A DNA stretch of 29,225 nucleotides from Octopus sinensis (GCF_006345805.1 NW_021832968.1:1-29225); one strand, 5' to 3'. Positions 11,679-24,677 are shown, numbered from the stretch's first letter. Translations and numbers: made by a program. Notes: generated by a model not told the origin, from the letters alone.

Positions 11679-11680
<2 letters not shown>
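11125..11680 (+). mobile_element. SINE cluster: internally deleted copy (about 11125-11260), (ATT)n, then a head-plus-two-body dimer (11306-11680)
   Basis: A-box-like TGGCAGAATCGTTAG, B-box-like GAGTTCAAATTCC, body ggtcgactttgcctttcatcctttcggggtcga repeated; junction AAAGAAATA|GGTATTTC. Confidence 0.9.
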
Positions 11681-11726
<46 letters not shown>

Positions 11727-11804
11727 CATTATCATGCATCACGTTATTGGTATTGTTCCTGGTTCAATTATACTTCCACTCGAACCACCATTAATGCACT
11801 AGCG

Positions 11805-11977
11805 CAGTGCTCCGCAACAGTTTTTCACTTGCGGTACACTTATGTTCTTTTTCAAAATTCGTTTTCACACCTGAACTAACACTATAATTAAAAGTATAGG
11901 GAAATAAATTAATTTCAAGTTACTCTGCGGCATACCTAGCATTGTCTCGTGGAACACCAGTGTGCCGCGGCACACTG
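11805..11977. mobile_element. hAT (Charlie-like) MITE
   Basis: CAGTG...CACTG termini, subterminal GGAACACCAGTGTGCCGCGGCACAC; 8-bp TSD CACTAGCG / CTCTAGTG (6/8 identical, close to the NTCTAGAN preference of Charlie-type hATs). Confidence 0.75.
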
Positions 11978-12064
11978 CTCTAGTGTGATGACCATTTTGT
12001 ACTTGCTACATAAAAGCCTTTTTTCTGTTCTTCATATATTTTTTTTTTTTGTTTTACTTTGTAC

Positions 12065-12235
12065 TGGGGACTTTCTAGATAATCCCTACCGAACCTAGTA
12101 AACACTGCATCCACTCACTGATTTGATCAAATTTTCCAAAGTTTGTCTTCGTGTTCTTTGCTACTGTTCCCATTCCGCCAAAGATCAGGACCTTGGTTAC
12201 TTGGTAATTTGTCAGTTCCAGTGGCTGAAGATCTA
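12065..12235 (-). mobile_element. Old relic of an RLE-type (R4/Dong-like) LINE C-terminus
   Basis: Minus-strand translation YQVTKVLIFGGMGTVAKNTKTNFGKFDQISEWMQCLLGSVGII*KVPS parallels the IPIxVGALG...QKxALLGTAxILRK motif pair that is intact at 19949-20119. Confidence 0.5.
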
Positions 12236-13054
12236 ATAGCAAGAAGTCAGTTATTATTCTTTACTTTTCTTTTTCCCCTTTTTCTTTTTCTTTTCCTCTT
12301 TTTTTTTTATTTTTACTATGGCACCAAATGAGCATGCTGTGTTGATTACAGTACATAAGTTCTTAAATTTCCCTCCCTACAAAATGATCTTAACGCCTTT
12401 CTCTGTATCCAATACAAAATTTCTTGCATAAATTCCAATGTTAATTGCAGTAATCCCGTCATTCCTACACTTTTTTTTTTATATATTCGTTCTAAGCTCT
12501 CGGTGGGCATTCCAATAAAATGTGGGTCTGTGCAAAATGGTCTGTACGATTCGCATAGAACTTCAGGCACTCGAGTTGTGGAACATCTAGTACTGCATCA
12601 CATAGATTTTTTTTTTTTTTTTGCTTTTTTAAGATAACTTGGTATGCAGTGTAAACATTATTATTAATTTAACCTCCCCGTGGAAAGTACAGCAAGTGGA
12701 TAGACCATACGTTTCGTTCCACCTCAGTTTGTATACACTATGAAAAATAATTTTCTCTTTGCACTCGCTCCTTTTAGCTTATCTAAAAATCTGGGGGGTT
12801 TCTATATGATTGATCCAAATACTTGTTCTGTGTTACATTTTGATTGTTTCTCGCAAAGTTTTTCTTATCAGTGCCTTTTATATCACAAACGAGATACTTT
12901 TTATATCCTAACACTAGTTTGTGTGATAATATCGGACACTTTAGCTTAACAACCTTCCTTATTTATGCACATATGATTCTATGTTGTGGCTTTCCTATCA
13001 TCATGGACATATTTTATCATATATATGGGTGTCATCATGCCTTCTATTTTTATG

Positions 13055-13104
<50 letters not shown>

Positions 13105-13428
13105 TTATTTGATTGTTTCTATATTTTGATAGTTTCTGAACAGCTTTCCGATCAATGTTCGGTTTTAATAGGCTGGCGAAGAGGCATCTTTTTATAACAA
13201 AGTCGTGAGTGGTAATATCTGATCAGTTTGAAATAATATCTCTAATAATTTAGGATATTGTGAGCTGACTAATTTCATTTGAAAAGAAAATGCTTTGTAA
13301 CTGCGGTTTTATAAGAATAAAATTGCACACACAATTCTATAAGTAAATATATTTAAACGTTTTATGAATAAAATAACTATTTTTGGTATGAATAATCCTA
13401 AATTGAATATAACGTAGAACAGCAAATC

Positions 13429-13460
<32 letters not shown>

Positions 13461-13463
13461 ATA

Positions 13464-13720
13464 TCTTATATAAAAATCCGTTCTGTCTGTCTGTCTGTAT
13501 GTATGTTTTCTCGGATCTCAGGCATCCTCCATCCGATTGCGCCCAAATTTGATATGTAGATAGCGACGATATCAGGGCGTGTATAAGTCTTGGAAAAAAT
13601 ACAAAAATCCATTCCAGATGAGAATGCGATCGATAAAGCCGTTTTTGTCCTGCTTTTCTTCCGTCAACCTGTACATAACTGCACATAACCTGTACATAAC
13701 CTATACATAACTGCACCTTC
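13464..13720 (+). mobile_element. 5' fragment of a non-autonomous Helitron-like element
   Basis: Starts A|TCTTATATAAAAATCC at the edge of (TA)n, then (CTGT)n and ccgattgcgcccaaatttg; internal ACATAAC repeats; no CTAG/hairpin 3' end found. Confidence 0.55.
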
Positions 13721-14885
13721 CATTTTTGGTTGCTTTTGTACTGCTTAAAGGCACGTTTCTTTCCTGTCAAGCTTACTATTTAAACCATGTTTGTGTTCTC
13801 CCAGTCAACAGCCTTATCATTACTGGTACTTTAAACTCTTCGGTTGCATATTTGTGTGAATAAAATCGTTTTTTTTTTCTTTGGAATAGAAAAAAAGTCT
13901 ATCTTCATTACTTCTTTTGCTGGTGTCTCAAATTTAGGTTAAATCAGTGTTTCTCAAAGGGGAGGCCTATGGGACGGTCGGACAAGTTGTTTTGAGAAAA
14001 TTTGGTTTAAATATTTGACAACTCAGCACCGTTCATTGGACGAGGGCGTTTTGCTCGTATATATATATATATATATATATAATTTGCTCTTCTATGTTAT
14101 ATTCAGTACACACATATATACGTATATTTGTAGTAATGTATATAATCACTATTTTAATTCGCATTAAAACCTTCGTCAGAACCTGCATTTTTAAACAAAA
14201 GAGAATTCAATTCAATTCAGTTTCTTGAGATGGAACTATTTAAACTTGAGAACGGCTCGATTATTAGCTGCCATAAAATGTTCAGACAAATCAATCACGA
14301 AATCTTTAATTCAGAACACTAAGAGTGTCTTGACATTTGCTGTTGTATGAATAGGAGATTTATTATTTGAAATATCGCAAAAGCGGCCATAGTAATCTTG
14401 TCACATCTCCCGAGAGTCTCTTAAGAAACCACAAAATGTTAATACAACCACAGAACACAATAAATTAAGATATGCATTGTTTCTGAAGCTGAAAACAGTG
14501 CCATAACAGACCGTCATGCATATTATATTATGCTGTAGTTGTTGAGTTCGGTTGAGGTGCGTTCAAAGTAGAATTTTCTTATTCTAAATACACTACTTGA
14601 TGACATTTAAATATTGTGTGATTTAAGAGAGGAAATGATAAAGAATTAAGAATGTTATGCGACGTCTTAGAAGTAGAATTAGTGAATGAAGATTTTAACC
14701 CGACTAGGCCTCAGTACTGTTTGCAATACTGGTACCTTAGTTCTGTTATTTTAGCGGAATATAATGGCAAGCAGAGACAAGCTTCGCATTGTCAACGTTT
14801 TCAGTCATCAAATTTTGTAATTTATCCGATTGTTATCACTAATGTTAAGTCAGTGGAGCGTTTCCCAAACAAAGTTCCACAAGAA

Positions 14886-14922
<37 letters not shown>

Positions 14923-14923
14923 T

Positions 14924-14961
<38 letters not shown>

Positions 14962-15162
14962 ATATGTATACATGTACATATATATATGTGCGGGTGTGTG
15001 TGTGTGTGTGTAGTAATTTTTTTAGTTCATTTCTATATTCGTAATTTTTTTACATACACACAGAATATTCCCTAATGTCGGGAAATCTTGGCATCTGTAG
15101 GGAGTGTATCGATCTTGCAAGAAAAATATGTTCCCTTAATAAGGAAATGTAAAAGAAATATA

Positions 15163-15330
15163 TCTAAACAAGGTCTTGCTTATGACAGAATTTCCTAAAA
15201 TTTCTTTGTAACATCTGATGGCTTTTCATGGACAGCTTTATGATTTCTTTAATCATTAATGAAACTTAACTCTACGAAAAACAAAGATAAAGGTTAGTAA
15301 AGATCGCTCTTGCAACACAACTTCTATTCA
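15163..15330 (+). repeat. Unclassified dispersed repeat, copy 1 (copy 2 at 21616-21792)
   Basis: Collinear blocks tctaaacaag, tgatggct, gacag(c/t)tttatgattt, gtaaagatcg..ttgcaacac..ttct.ttca. Confidence 0.75.
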
Positions 15331-15346
15331 TTTTAACATGTATATA

Positions 15347-15710
15347 CAATAATCCCTCGACTATCGTGTCACGTTCCAAAACACCCCGCGATAGGTTTTT
15401 ATAATTTGCATATATTTATTTTATTATAAATGCAAAACAACACCACTCACTCGCCTTCTGAGTTTCATTTCCCATACAGTATGTGCACAGTACTGTACTG
15501 TATTTTTATTTATTAATTTATGAATTTTTAGGCTTGAAAATGCTTATTTTACCACAGAAGTAATTAAAATCTAAAGAATATAACTACCTATCCGCCGCAG
15601 TACCCGCAATATACTGAGGAGTCCGCGATATAAATTTTCATATATTATCCTGAAAAGTTCGCGATGTCCTGAGGGTGCGATAATTGACCGCGATATGGTG
15701 AGTGGTTCTA
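15347..15710. mobile_element. Tigger/pogo-type MITE
   Basis: TA|CAATAATCCCTCGACTATCG left TIR; decayed right TIR ccgcgatatggtgagtggtt; internal blocks shared with 23269-23478. Confidence 0.7.
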
Positions 15711-15712
15711 AG

Positions 15713-16593
15713 GATAATAATATGCAGTTTAATGCTGAAAAATTCAAGGCCCTGCGCTACCAGCATCCAAAACTGAATATAAAACTTACAGGCTATACCG
15801 GTCCACAGGGAATTTCAATCCCAGAGCCTAAGTCAGTGAGGGACCTGGGTATCGACATGAGCGATAATACCTCTTTCCAAGTGCACATTACCAGGATAGC
15901 GACAAAGTGCAGACAACTAGCTGGATGGATCCTAAGAACATTCAGAACCAGAGATAAGGAAACCATGATGGTCATCTGGCGGACATTCGTCCTCAGCCGC
16001 CTGGATTACTGCTCACAGCTATGGTTACCCACCAGTGTGAAATTAACAACGGACCTTGAAACAACCCAGAGAAGATTCACAAAGAAGATCGTCTCTTTGC
16101 AACAGCTCAGCTACTGGGAAAGGTTGAAACAGCTAAGACTTTACTCCCCGGAGAGAAGACGGAAGAGGTATGCAGTAATATATATCTGGAAGATCCTGGA
16201 AGGAATTGTGCCAAATTTTGGCATTGAAAGCTACACCAATGCCAGAACTGGACGACACTGCATAGTGCCAAAGATCCCAGCAATACCATCACGCTTCAGG
16301 ACCAGTTACTGCAACAGCCTGGGTTTCAAGGTCCCACAGCTTTCTAATATTCTCCCAAAGAGTCTGAGGAACTTGCACAAAGTAGATGTAGGGGTTTTTA
16401 AATCAAAGCTGGACCTCTTCCTATCGAGAGTCCCAGATGAACCTTCTAACGGCAAGATGTGCAAATGAGGGTATCTATATCAAACTCCATTCTTTACCAA
16501 GTGCCACATATTAAAGGAGGCTCTAAGTCATAACAGTGTAGCAAAACGGCGGTGCATCAGCATGGCCGCAGCTCTGAGCTTAAACTAAAAAGA
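15713..16593 (+). mobile_element. 5'-truncated non-LTR retrotransposon (CR1/L2 group): RT C-terminal region, 3' UTR and tail
   Basis: DNNMQFNAEKF...RDLGI...LSRLDYCSQLW...QRRFTK...YWERLKQLRLYS.ERRR.RY...FKSKLDLFLSRVPDEP. After a frameshift near 16448 it continues RQDVQMRVSISNSILYQ to TAA at 16531-16533. 3' tail ggcggtgcatcagcatggccgcag. Confidence 0.9.
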
Positions 16594-17552
16594 ATATATA
16601 TATATACACGTATATATGCTATTTGGGGCATGGCATGAAGGTTACAAATTCTAGTTTTTCTCTTCACAAAATTATAAAATTTATTTATCGTACTATAAAC
16701 AAGGCCTTTATATTAAATAGATTATTGACGAGCATCGCAATGCTTCATATTTCTCTTACACTTCAGTAAGTGTTTGACGATAATTTAATTCTTTTTGCCG
16801 CCTCTAGAATCTTTCAAGAAATATTTTAGTAGCGAATGAACATATTTGAACATATTTGTTAACTAATATTTCTGTACCGTTCCTGTGTTGACATTTGAAA
16901 CAAATATAGCAAAATATATTGATAAACACGGTAATCTAGGCCAATGAGTTTGATTCATTCGTTACTCAGAGCTCCCTTTAATAAATGGTAGTTCACAAGA
17001 GTCCTGTCTTCGTGTTTAGCTTTATATTAAAAAAAAACACCGACATTACTTTAATCCTACAGAAATTAATTCCCTGCAAGTAATTTATTAATCGTTTATA
17101 TTTTCTTATAGTAGCTTGTACCTCATTTTAGGTGTTTGCATAGACTAGTGCCTCTCTATGTTAACTTTATATCGAGATTGCTAGATAAACCAAGGATTTA
17201 TATGATGAAATTATATTAGATCTTGCTGACTCGTTTGTCATGCTTTGTCTTTGCTCGCTCATAACACAATATCCTAAGCATATTCAAAACCCGTAAGATG
17301 TAAGAATATAAGTTTTGTATCTGGTTTAAATATCATATTTCAGAGAAAAATTCATGAGCTCTGTATTCCCCCGGCGCCTACCATAGCGTCCCTTTGACAT
17401 TCGCAGCACCGTTAGGAGCTCTCAAAGCCCCAGTGGGGAGAGCTATCGCTCAGGTCAAATATCAGTGATCTAGACTTATCAAATGTAGTTGATTCTAAGT
17501 TAACTTACTAAAATTTCAAATAGAAAAATCTGTTACAAAAAGGGAAATTTTG

Positions 17553-18443
17553 CGAGGCGGTATTAAAACGTTCCCGGACTAGTCTTGTAGCATGCTAACA
17601 GATGGTAGCAACCGGTTGCGTGCGCAGTGAGAGATAGCAATGAACTTCATCAGGTAGTGTGCTGAATGATATCGCTGTGTTTATTTCTCAAGTTGTGAAA
17701 TTTGTGTTTTTGTAATCACGTGTATACTGCAGTCTGCGTTTTTGGCATGGCCAGGAACAAAGAGCCAACGTGAAATTTTACGTTAAACTTGGGAAGTCAA
17801 CTACAGAGACATTGAGTGTTCTTCGGTAAACTTTCAGCGACGAGGCAATTGGTCGTATGCAATGTTTCGAGTGGCACGGGCGCTTCAAAAGCAGAAGAAC
17901 GTCATTGGAAGACGAAGTGCAATGTAGAAGACCTGTTACGTGCATCACGCCCCCTAATAAAAGGGGTTTGTGCATCAAAAATTCGTGCCCCCAGAACCAG
18001 ACCTACTGTAACGTTTTGAAGCATTTGAATGAGGACATTCGGTGAAACCGTATCTGTGGGGCGCGAAGAATGGGGTTCTTCACGGTAATAGTGCACCCTG
18101 TCACTCTCCTCACTCGGGAGTTTCTTGCCTAAAACAACATAATATCGCTTCCGCACCCACCCGATTTCCCGCCTGCAGACTGCCATCTCTTCCGCAAGAG
18201 GAAAATACAGCTCAAAGGTCGCTATTTTAACACCATTGTCAAGACCCACAGCGAATCGCAGAAGGTCCTCGACTCGCTTACGAAAAAGGACTTCCAGGCC
18301 GGATTCCAAAAGTGTCAGGAATACTGGGATCGGTGTATTGCTGTACCAGGTGACTATTTGGAAGGAGATGATTTTAAAATTTAAGTAAATAAGTTATTTT
18401 TTATTCAACATAACTAGTCCGGGAACTTTTTGATACCATCTCA
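17553..18443 (+). mobile_element. Internally deleted mariner transposon (irritans-like TIRs), transposase pseudogene
   Basis: TIRs CGAGGCGGTATTAAAACGTTCCCGGACTAGT and ACTAGTCCGGGAACTTTTTGATACCATCTCA. HTH fragment QRANVKFYVKLGKS...QCFEWHGRFKS; C-terminus ...WDRCIAVPGDYLEGD. The WVPH and first catalytic D region is deleted near 17955. Confidence 0.9.
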
Positions 18444-19339
18444 CGCCATTCAATTCCTCATACCTTATAACTAGAACTGATTCTGTATGACACGATAGGC
18501 CTGCCCAATGTCACAGGAGTGTATATGAACATTAGCGAAGGAAAACACAGCATTTATTTTATAGAAGTCAACACGTGCAAAGTGACTGGACAATTTATAT
18601 CGCTGTTCTGTTAAGAAGAGGTTAACGAAATATTTAGCTATAAAGCCTAATGAAATAGGGAAAGGCAAACAAAACACACACACACACATACAGACACACA
18701 CACGCACACAGACGCGCACACACACAGATGCCTAATCACATATACGCGTGCACTACCTCTTCCCCCACAGATCATTAATTAGAGCTGAGTGGGAAGCGAT
18801 GTGGAAAATATTCCCCTTGAATGAGTACTTCAAGCTGAAGGCGAAATTTTGAAAAGATATGAGAATTTATGGGAGGTCAAGAGTGAAACTGTCCTTAAAC
18901 ATTGACAAACAATGAATAAATAGACATTTCCTTCCAAGAACTGACCACTGTCCGAAGCAATAAGAACAATTAAAATCGTACAGCCTCGGTAACATAATAC
19001 ATATACACGTGTGTGAATTGAGAATTTATTTAATTAGTAGTTCACTGTTTTCTAGAGTCACTAAATATAGATTCACATTTAGTCAAAATAAAAGCAAAAA
19101 TAATGAAAACATTATTGATTATAAGGAATGTAGTGGGGGGGGGTGTTTGAAAAAGAAAGAGACTCGAATGGAAAGTATGGGTGTTCCAGATTTCAAGTTT
19201 TAGGGAAGGCTATAAGACCAATCATATTTTCTTTTTAGTTCATTTAACTGTGAAATGAAATGGTACGAGAAAAACGGGTGATTAAATGTTAACTCTAGCG
19301 AGCAACACGTATGAATTTTATTTTACCCAACACCAAGAA

Positions 19340-19345
19340 TTATTA

Positions 19346-19434
<89 letters not shown>

Positions 19435-19452
19435 ATAGTTAGTAGTAGTAGT
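19340..19452. repeat. (ATT)n(AGT)n compound microsatellite
   Basis: Direct reading. Confidence 0.95.
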
Positions 19453-19645
19453 TTCTTTCTTGGCCGCAGGGGCATCATTTGAGGGAGACATTACAAACAC
19501 AAGTTACACTTTGTATGTATGGGATGTCAATATAAAATCGGATGAAGGTTAAAAAGGCGGGCTTGCGGGTAGAAATGAGATGAAAAAATTATGAATGCTA
19601 TGCAGAATAAGTAAATATATAAACGATCCAGTCTTTTTGGTACAG

Positions 19646-19707
19646 GAGAACCTTCAACTAAGAGTTCGGTTAAGGAACCCCCAAAATCTAAGATCGCCCT
19701 TTGCTCT
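19646..19707 (+). CDS. Candidate 62-nt exon, product unknown
   Basis: Acceptor tctttttggtacag|, donor TCT|GTAAGC; open as x-EPSTKSSVKEPPKSKIALCS (phase 1-0) or ENLQLRVRLRNPQNLRSPFA (phase 0-2). Confidence 0.3.
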
Positions 19708-19746
19708 GTAAGCACTTGTTATTTTCTGATGATGATAATAATAATG

Positions 19747-20188
<442 letters not shown>

Positions 20189-20190
20189 TA

Positions 20191-20239
<49 letters not shown>

Positions 20240-20240
<1 letters not shown>

Positions 20241-20450
20241 GGTTTCAAATTTTGGCACAGGCAAGTTCGGGAGGAGAGGGTATATTGATTACATCGACTC
20301 AAAAGCTCAACTGGTACTTATTTCATCTACCACGAAAGGATGAAAGATAAAGTCAACCTTGGCGGAATTTGAACACAAGACGTAAAGACGAACGAAATGT
20401 TGCTAAGCATTTGTTTCGACGTTCTTCTGATTCTGTCAGTTCATCGCTTT
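20240..20450 (-). mobile_element. tRNA-derived SINE
   Basis: Reverse complement of the 11306 / 20469 family. Confidence 0.85.
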
Positions 20451-20468
20451 AATAACAATAATAATCAT

Positions 20469-20695
20469 AAAGGCGACTACGTGGCAGAATCGTTAGCTCG
20501 CCTGGCAAAATGCTCAATAGCATTTCATCTGTCTTTACGTTCTCAGTTCAAATTCCGCCGCGGTCGACTTTCCCTTTCGTCCATCTGGGGTCGTTAAAAT
20601 AAGTACCAGTGAAACACTGGGACCGATGTATTCGACTAGCTCCCTGTCGCAAAAATTGCTGGCCTTGTGCCTACAGAAGAAAGCAATAATAATCC
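20469..20695 (+). mobile_element. tRNA-derived SINE, full length
   Basis: TGGCAGAATCGTTAG head, CAGTTCAAATTCC B-box-like, tail aaaattgctggccttgtgcc followed by aataataat. Confidence 0.9.
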
Positions 20696-20696
20696 T

Positions 20697-21245
20697 TTCT
20701 ACTAAACACACAAAGCCTGGAATTTGTGGGGATGGGACCAATCGATTACATCGACCTCAGTGTTTCACTGGTAATTTATTGACCCCGAAAGGATGAAAGG
20801 CAAAGTCGACCACGGCGGAATTTGAATTCAGAACGTAGCGACGGGCGAAATACCTATTTCTTTACTACCCACAAGGGATAAACACAGAGAAGACAAACAA
20901 GGACAGACAAACGGATTATATCGATTATAATCGATTATATCGACCCCAGTGCGTAACTGATATTTATTTAATCGACCCCGAAAGAATGAAAGGCAAAGAC
21001 GACCTCGGCGGAATTTGAACTCAGAACGTAACGGCAGACGAAATACCTATTTCTTTATTACCCACAAGGGGCTAAACACAGAGGGGACAAACAAGGACAG
21101 ATATAGGTATTAAGTCGATTACATCGACCCCAGCGCGTAACTGGTACTTTACGCGGAATTTGAACTCAGAACGTAACGACAGACGAAATACCGCTACGCA
21201 TTTCGCCTGGCATGCTAACGATTCTGCCAACACGCCGCCTTTATC
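20697..21245 (-). mobile_element. SINE trimer (one head, three bodies, period about 190 bp)
   Basis: Junction cgaaatacc|tatttcttta at about 20848 and 21040; head ctaacgattctgccaa near 21216-21231. Confidence 0.9.
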
Positions 21246-21615
21246 ATCATAAATAATAATAATGTTTCTTTCATTGTCACACAGCAGACGGATGAAGCGA
21301 GGAGCAGACTTTACCAGAAAGTTTTAGGTTGAGTTTAGAAAACAGACCTAAAAGAAAAACACACACACACAAATAAATTCATAAACACAATAGGTTCAAA
21401 TAAAGATATAGCCACTTAGGGCCAATCAGGGGGCACATCTAAGTGAATTTTAGATTGTTCTGAATATCAAGAGCAAGTGTCTTCTTCTTCTTAAAAAAAA
21501 AAAAAACTAGCCCCTTACCAACAGGCACATATTCAACGTAGAGACACTCAATTAGGCTATGGCCCACAGCTCTAGCTACCCTGACCTCTTAAAAGTGAAC
21601 TGCCGAAGAATTCAG

Positions 21616-21792
21616 TCTAAACAAGACTTTGGTTAAAACGAAAATTTCTAAAACTTTCTATAAGTCATTTGATGGCTGCCAAATCTTTCAAAGACAGTTT
21701 TATGATTTGCTTAATCGCTTATGACATTTAAATTTATGAAAGATAAAGATAAAGATCGGTAAAGATCGAGTTTGCAACACGATTTCTGTTCA
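21616..21792 (+). repeat. Unclassified dispersed repeat, copy 2 (copy 1 at 15163-15330)
   Basis: Same collinear blocks as copy 1. Confidence 0.75.
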
Positions 21793-22042
21793 CGTTGGTA
21801 TTTTGAAGGGTGTCATTGGGAACTATGAATTTCAGTTTTGCTTCCCTTAAGACTATAAATCTTAAGATGCTCATATTCAGAGCAATCACTTTCAGTCACC
21901 TACCTTATGTAGTTCTTTTCTGCTCATTTTCTTTGCTTCATTCTTGTCTTTTGGGTTTGAAAGAGTTAATGAAACTTTAGAAAAAAAAATCCCCTTTTCC
22001 GATCCTTCTGATCTTGTTTCCCTCCGCTGCCTTTATCGCCAG

Positions 22043-22100
22043 TTACTACATAAGACAAGGATATATTTTACCTGGAGATAACGACTGCGACAAAGAGTAA
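22043..22100 (+). CDS. Weak candidate terminal exon (phase 2 in), product unknown
   Basis: Long polypyrimidine acceptor ttctgatcttgtttccctccgctgcctttatcgccag|; reads YYIRQGYILPGDNDCDKE*. The minus strand has a competing 84-nt open exon-like reading. Confidence 0.25.
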
Positions 22101-23073
22101 CTACATGACTTTCTCTACAAGAGGAAACCGGCAGAGCTACTTTCGTAACATGGAACTAAACAACAATAAAAACAACAGTATTATTATTCTAGTTTGATAA
22201 TATTGTGGAAAAAAACCCAAAAAAAACAGACAAACATAACATGAAATAATAGTCTGCTACACAGAGCTCTGTAGAAATTAATTTAGGGTATAAATTTTTG
22301 TCATGTCTTTTCGTAAAAAAAACTGCTTTTGCTTTCTTCGTTCTGAATGCGTTTCGTTTTAAATGTTAAGCGCCTAAATAATATTTATTCGTTCATATGG
22401 CTTTTATTTTAGCAGGATGGAGGCAGAACTTGTTACACCTATCAGATGTGATGTAAATAGTTCTGTCATGGCTTTGGCCACCCAGAACACTTAAAATCAG
22501 TTCTGCATTCTTAGGAAATTCTCATTAATTATTCAACTCGCTTGCTTCTTTCTGTGGTGACCAGACTTTCCTCCAAAGGTACGTAATAGATTAAACCAGT
22601 AAGAATTGATGTATCTTAGCCACGAAGACAGAGGATCTCCAGTGACAATTCAGGAACCACGGATTCTTTTACTATTTGATCGTCTTTCCATCAACATGTC
22701 ACGTACAGCTGTAACAATAGAGAATGTTTATGATGTACTATTACATTTTCTTCTTAGCCATATTTCGGAATGGTCGTTTTTTTTTTTTTTCAGTTTTTTT
22801 TTTTCAAAAAAACACACGCACTAAATATTCGTTCTTAGCTTCAGCTTCATTATTGTTATTTTAGCATTCTTCGCTTGAAATCTTTCGTCACACTTCCTGG
22901 AGGAGACACGTAGGATGGAGAGTCGCTGAAGAGGTCACAGGATGCCACTAAGCATTTTGGTCAACGATTTTGCCAGGGCACCATTTTCTGTTTTCGTATT
23001 GTAGTAAATAAGTGTTTCTAATGTAGGCACAGAGAGATCAATTTTGTAAGGGAGGTTAGTCGATGAAATCAAC

Positions 23074-23074
<1 letters not shown>

Positions 23075-23155
<81 letters not shown>

Positions 23156-23156
23156 T
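23075..23156. repeat. (AAT)n microsatellite
   Basis: Direct reading. Confidence 0.95.
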
Positions 23157-23268
23157 GTCTCTTAGGGACAGCAAAGATAATCAGAAGTTCTAAGCACTTG
23201 AAAGACTGCCGAGTTCATCGTGAGGATTAACCCAATCGCCCTCCTTTAAGCGAGCAGAGATGGTAGCA

Positions 23269-23478
23269 CAGTAACCTCTCGAATATCGTGGGTGTTACTT
23301 TCCACAAAGTAGAAACAGTACTGTACTGTATATTTGTTTTAATTATTTTTATAATTTGTATATATTTATTTTATTATGAATGCAACACAACACCGCAGAG
23401 GAATCGACGTAAACTTAAATAATAAACCGCGATAAGTGAACCCCGATAGGTGAACCGCGATATAGCGCGGGATTATTG
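23269..23478. mobile_element. Tigger/pogo-type MITE (about 210 bp)
   Basis: Left CAGTAACCTCTCGAATATCG, right CGATATAGCGCGGGATTATTG|TA; subterminal (c)cgcgata repeats; related to 15347-15710. Confidence 0.75.
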
Positions 23479-23554
23479 TATATTTCTTTCGGTGGCTGTC
23501 GTTAAAGGGGGATATAAAGTGAACGAAGCAGAAAGTATCTGAGAACAGAGATTT

Positions 23555-23587
<33 letters not shown>

Positions 23588-24124
23588 TTCTCTCTCTCTC
23601 TGTCTCTCTCTCTTTCGCTCTCTCTCTCACTCAATCGCGCGCGCGGGTGCATGTTTGCGCGCTTGTGTGTACGTGTGTGTTGTGTGTGTGTGCGCACGCC
23701 TGTGCGTATGTGTGTATGTGTTTGTGTGCGTGCATGCGTATTATGTGCGTGGAGCCTTCATCGACTCATTCATGTTGTACTTCAAAAGAAAAGTGAGCGT
23801 TGAAAGGAACTTGCTGTTCGCGAGTGAATTTATGGCGGGTGAAAGTGGCAAGAATTGCTTTATATATAAGCTTGCAAATAGGTAAAAGACATTTGGAAAG
23901 GGCGCTTGCTCTTGGTGTTCAGAATGATTTTGAATTTATGGGGACGATCAGCTGGCCCTAGATGAATTGAATTGAAAAGTGTCGGATATATTCCTATTCT
24001 TTTGTTGTTGTTTTTTTTCACATTTATGTTTGACTTTATGATTGTGTCCCTCATCTGTTGCCCTGGTAGCAAATAATACGCATCATCATCATCATCATCA
24101 TCATCATCCTCATCACCATCATTC

Positions 24125-24294
24125 CAGCAAATGCTTAGCGGCATTTCGTTATGAGTTCAAATGCTGCCGATGCCGATTTTGCTTGGCATCCTTTCGTACT
24201 TGATAAAGCATGAACCAGTCAAGTACTGGGGTCGACCTTATTCGACTGTCCCTCTCCCCCAAAATTTCATGCCTTGTGCCTACAGCATAAAGGA

Positions 24295-24295
<1 letters not shown>
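24125..24295 (+). mobile_element. SINE, 5'-truncated and diverged
   Basis: aaatgcttagcggcatttcg, gagttcaaat, actggggtcgac, tgccttgtgcc blocks. Confidence 0.75.
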
Positions 24296-24673
<378 letters not shown>

Positions 24674-24677
24674 TCAG

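Noticed and set aside
12119-12232. Symmetric 114-nt minus-strand exon with good splice signals
   Set aside because: The translation continues past the putative donor into CLLGSVGII*KV and matches the RLE-LINE C-terminal motif pair, so a LINE relic is the better explanation.
13945-13965. CAGTGTTTCTCAA, a hAT-like TIR
   Set aside because: No matching opposite TIR or TSD found; too short to call an element.
14652-14887. 79-codon non-repetitive ORF
   Set aside because: No recognisable motif, no convincing donor, runs into (GT)n; within chance expectation.
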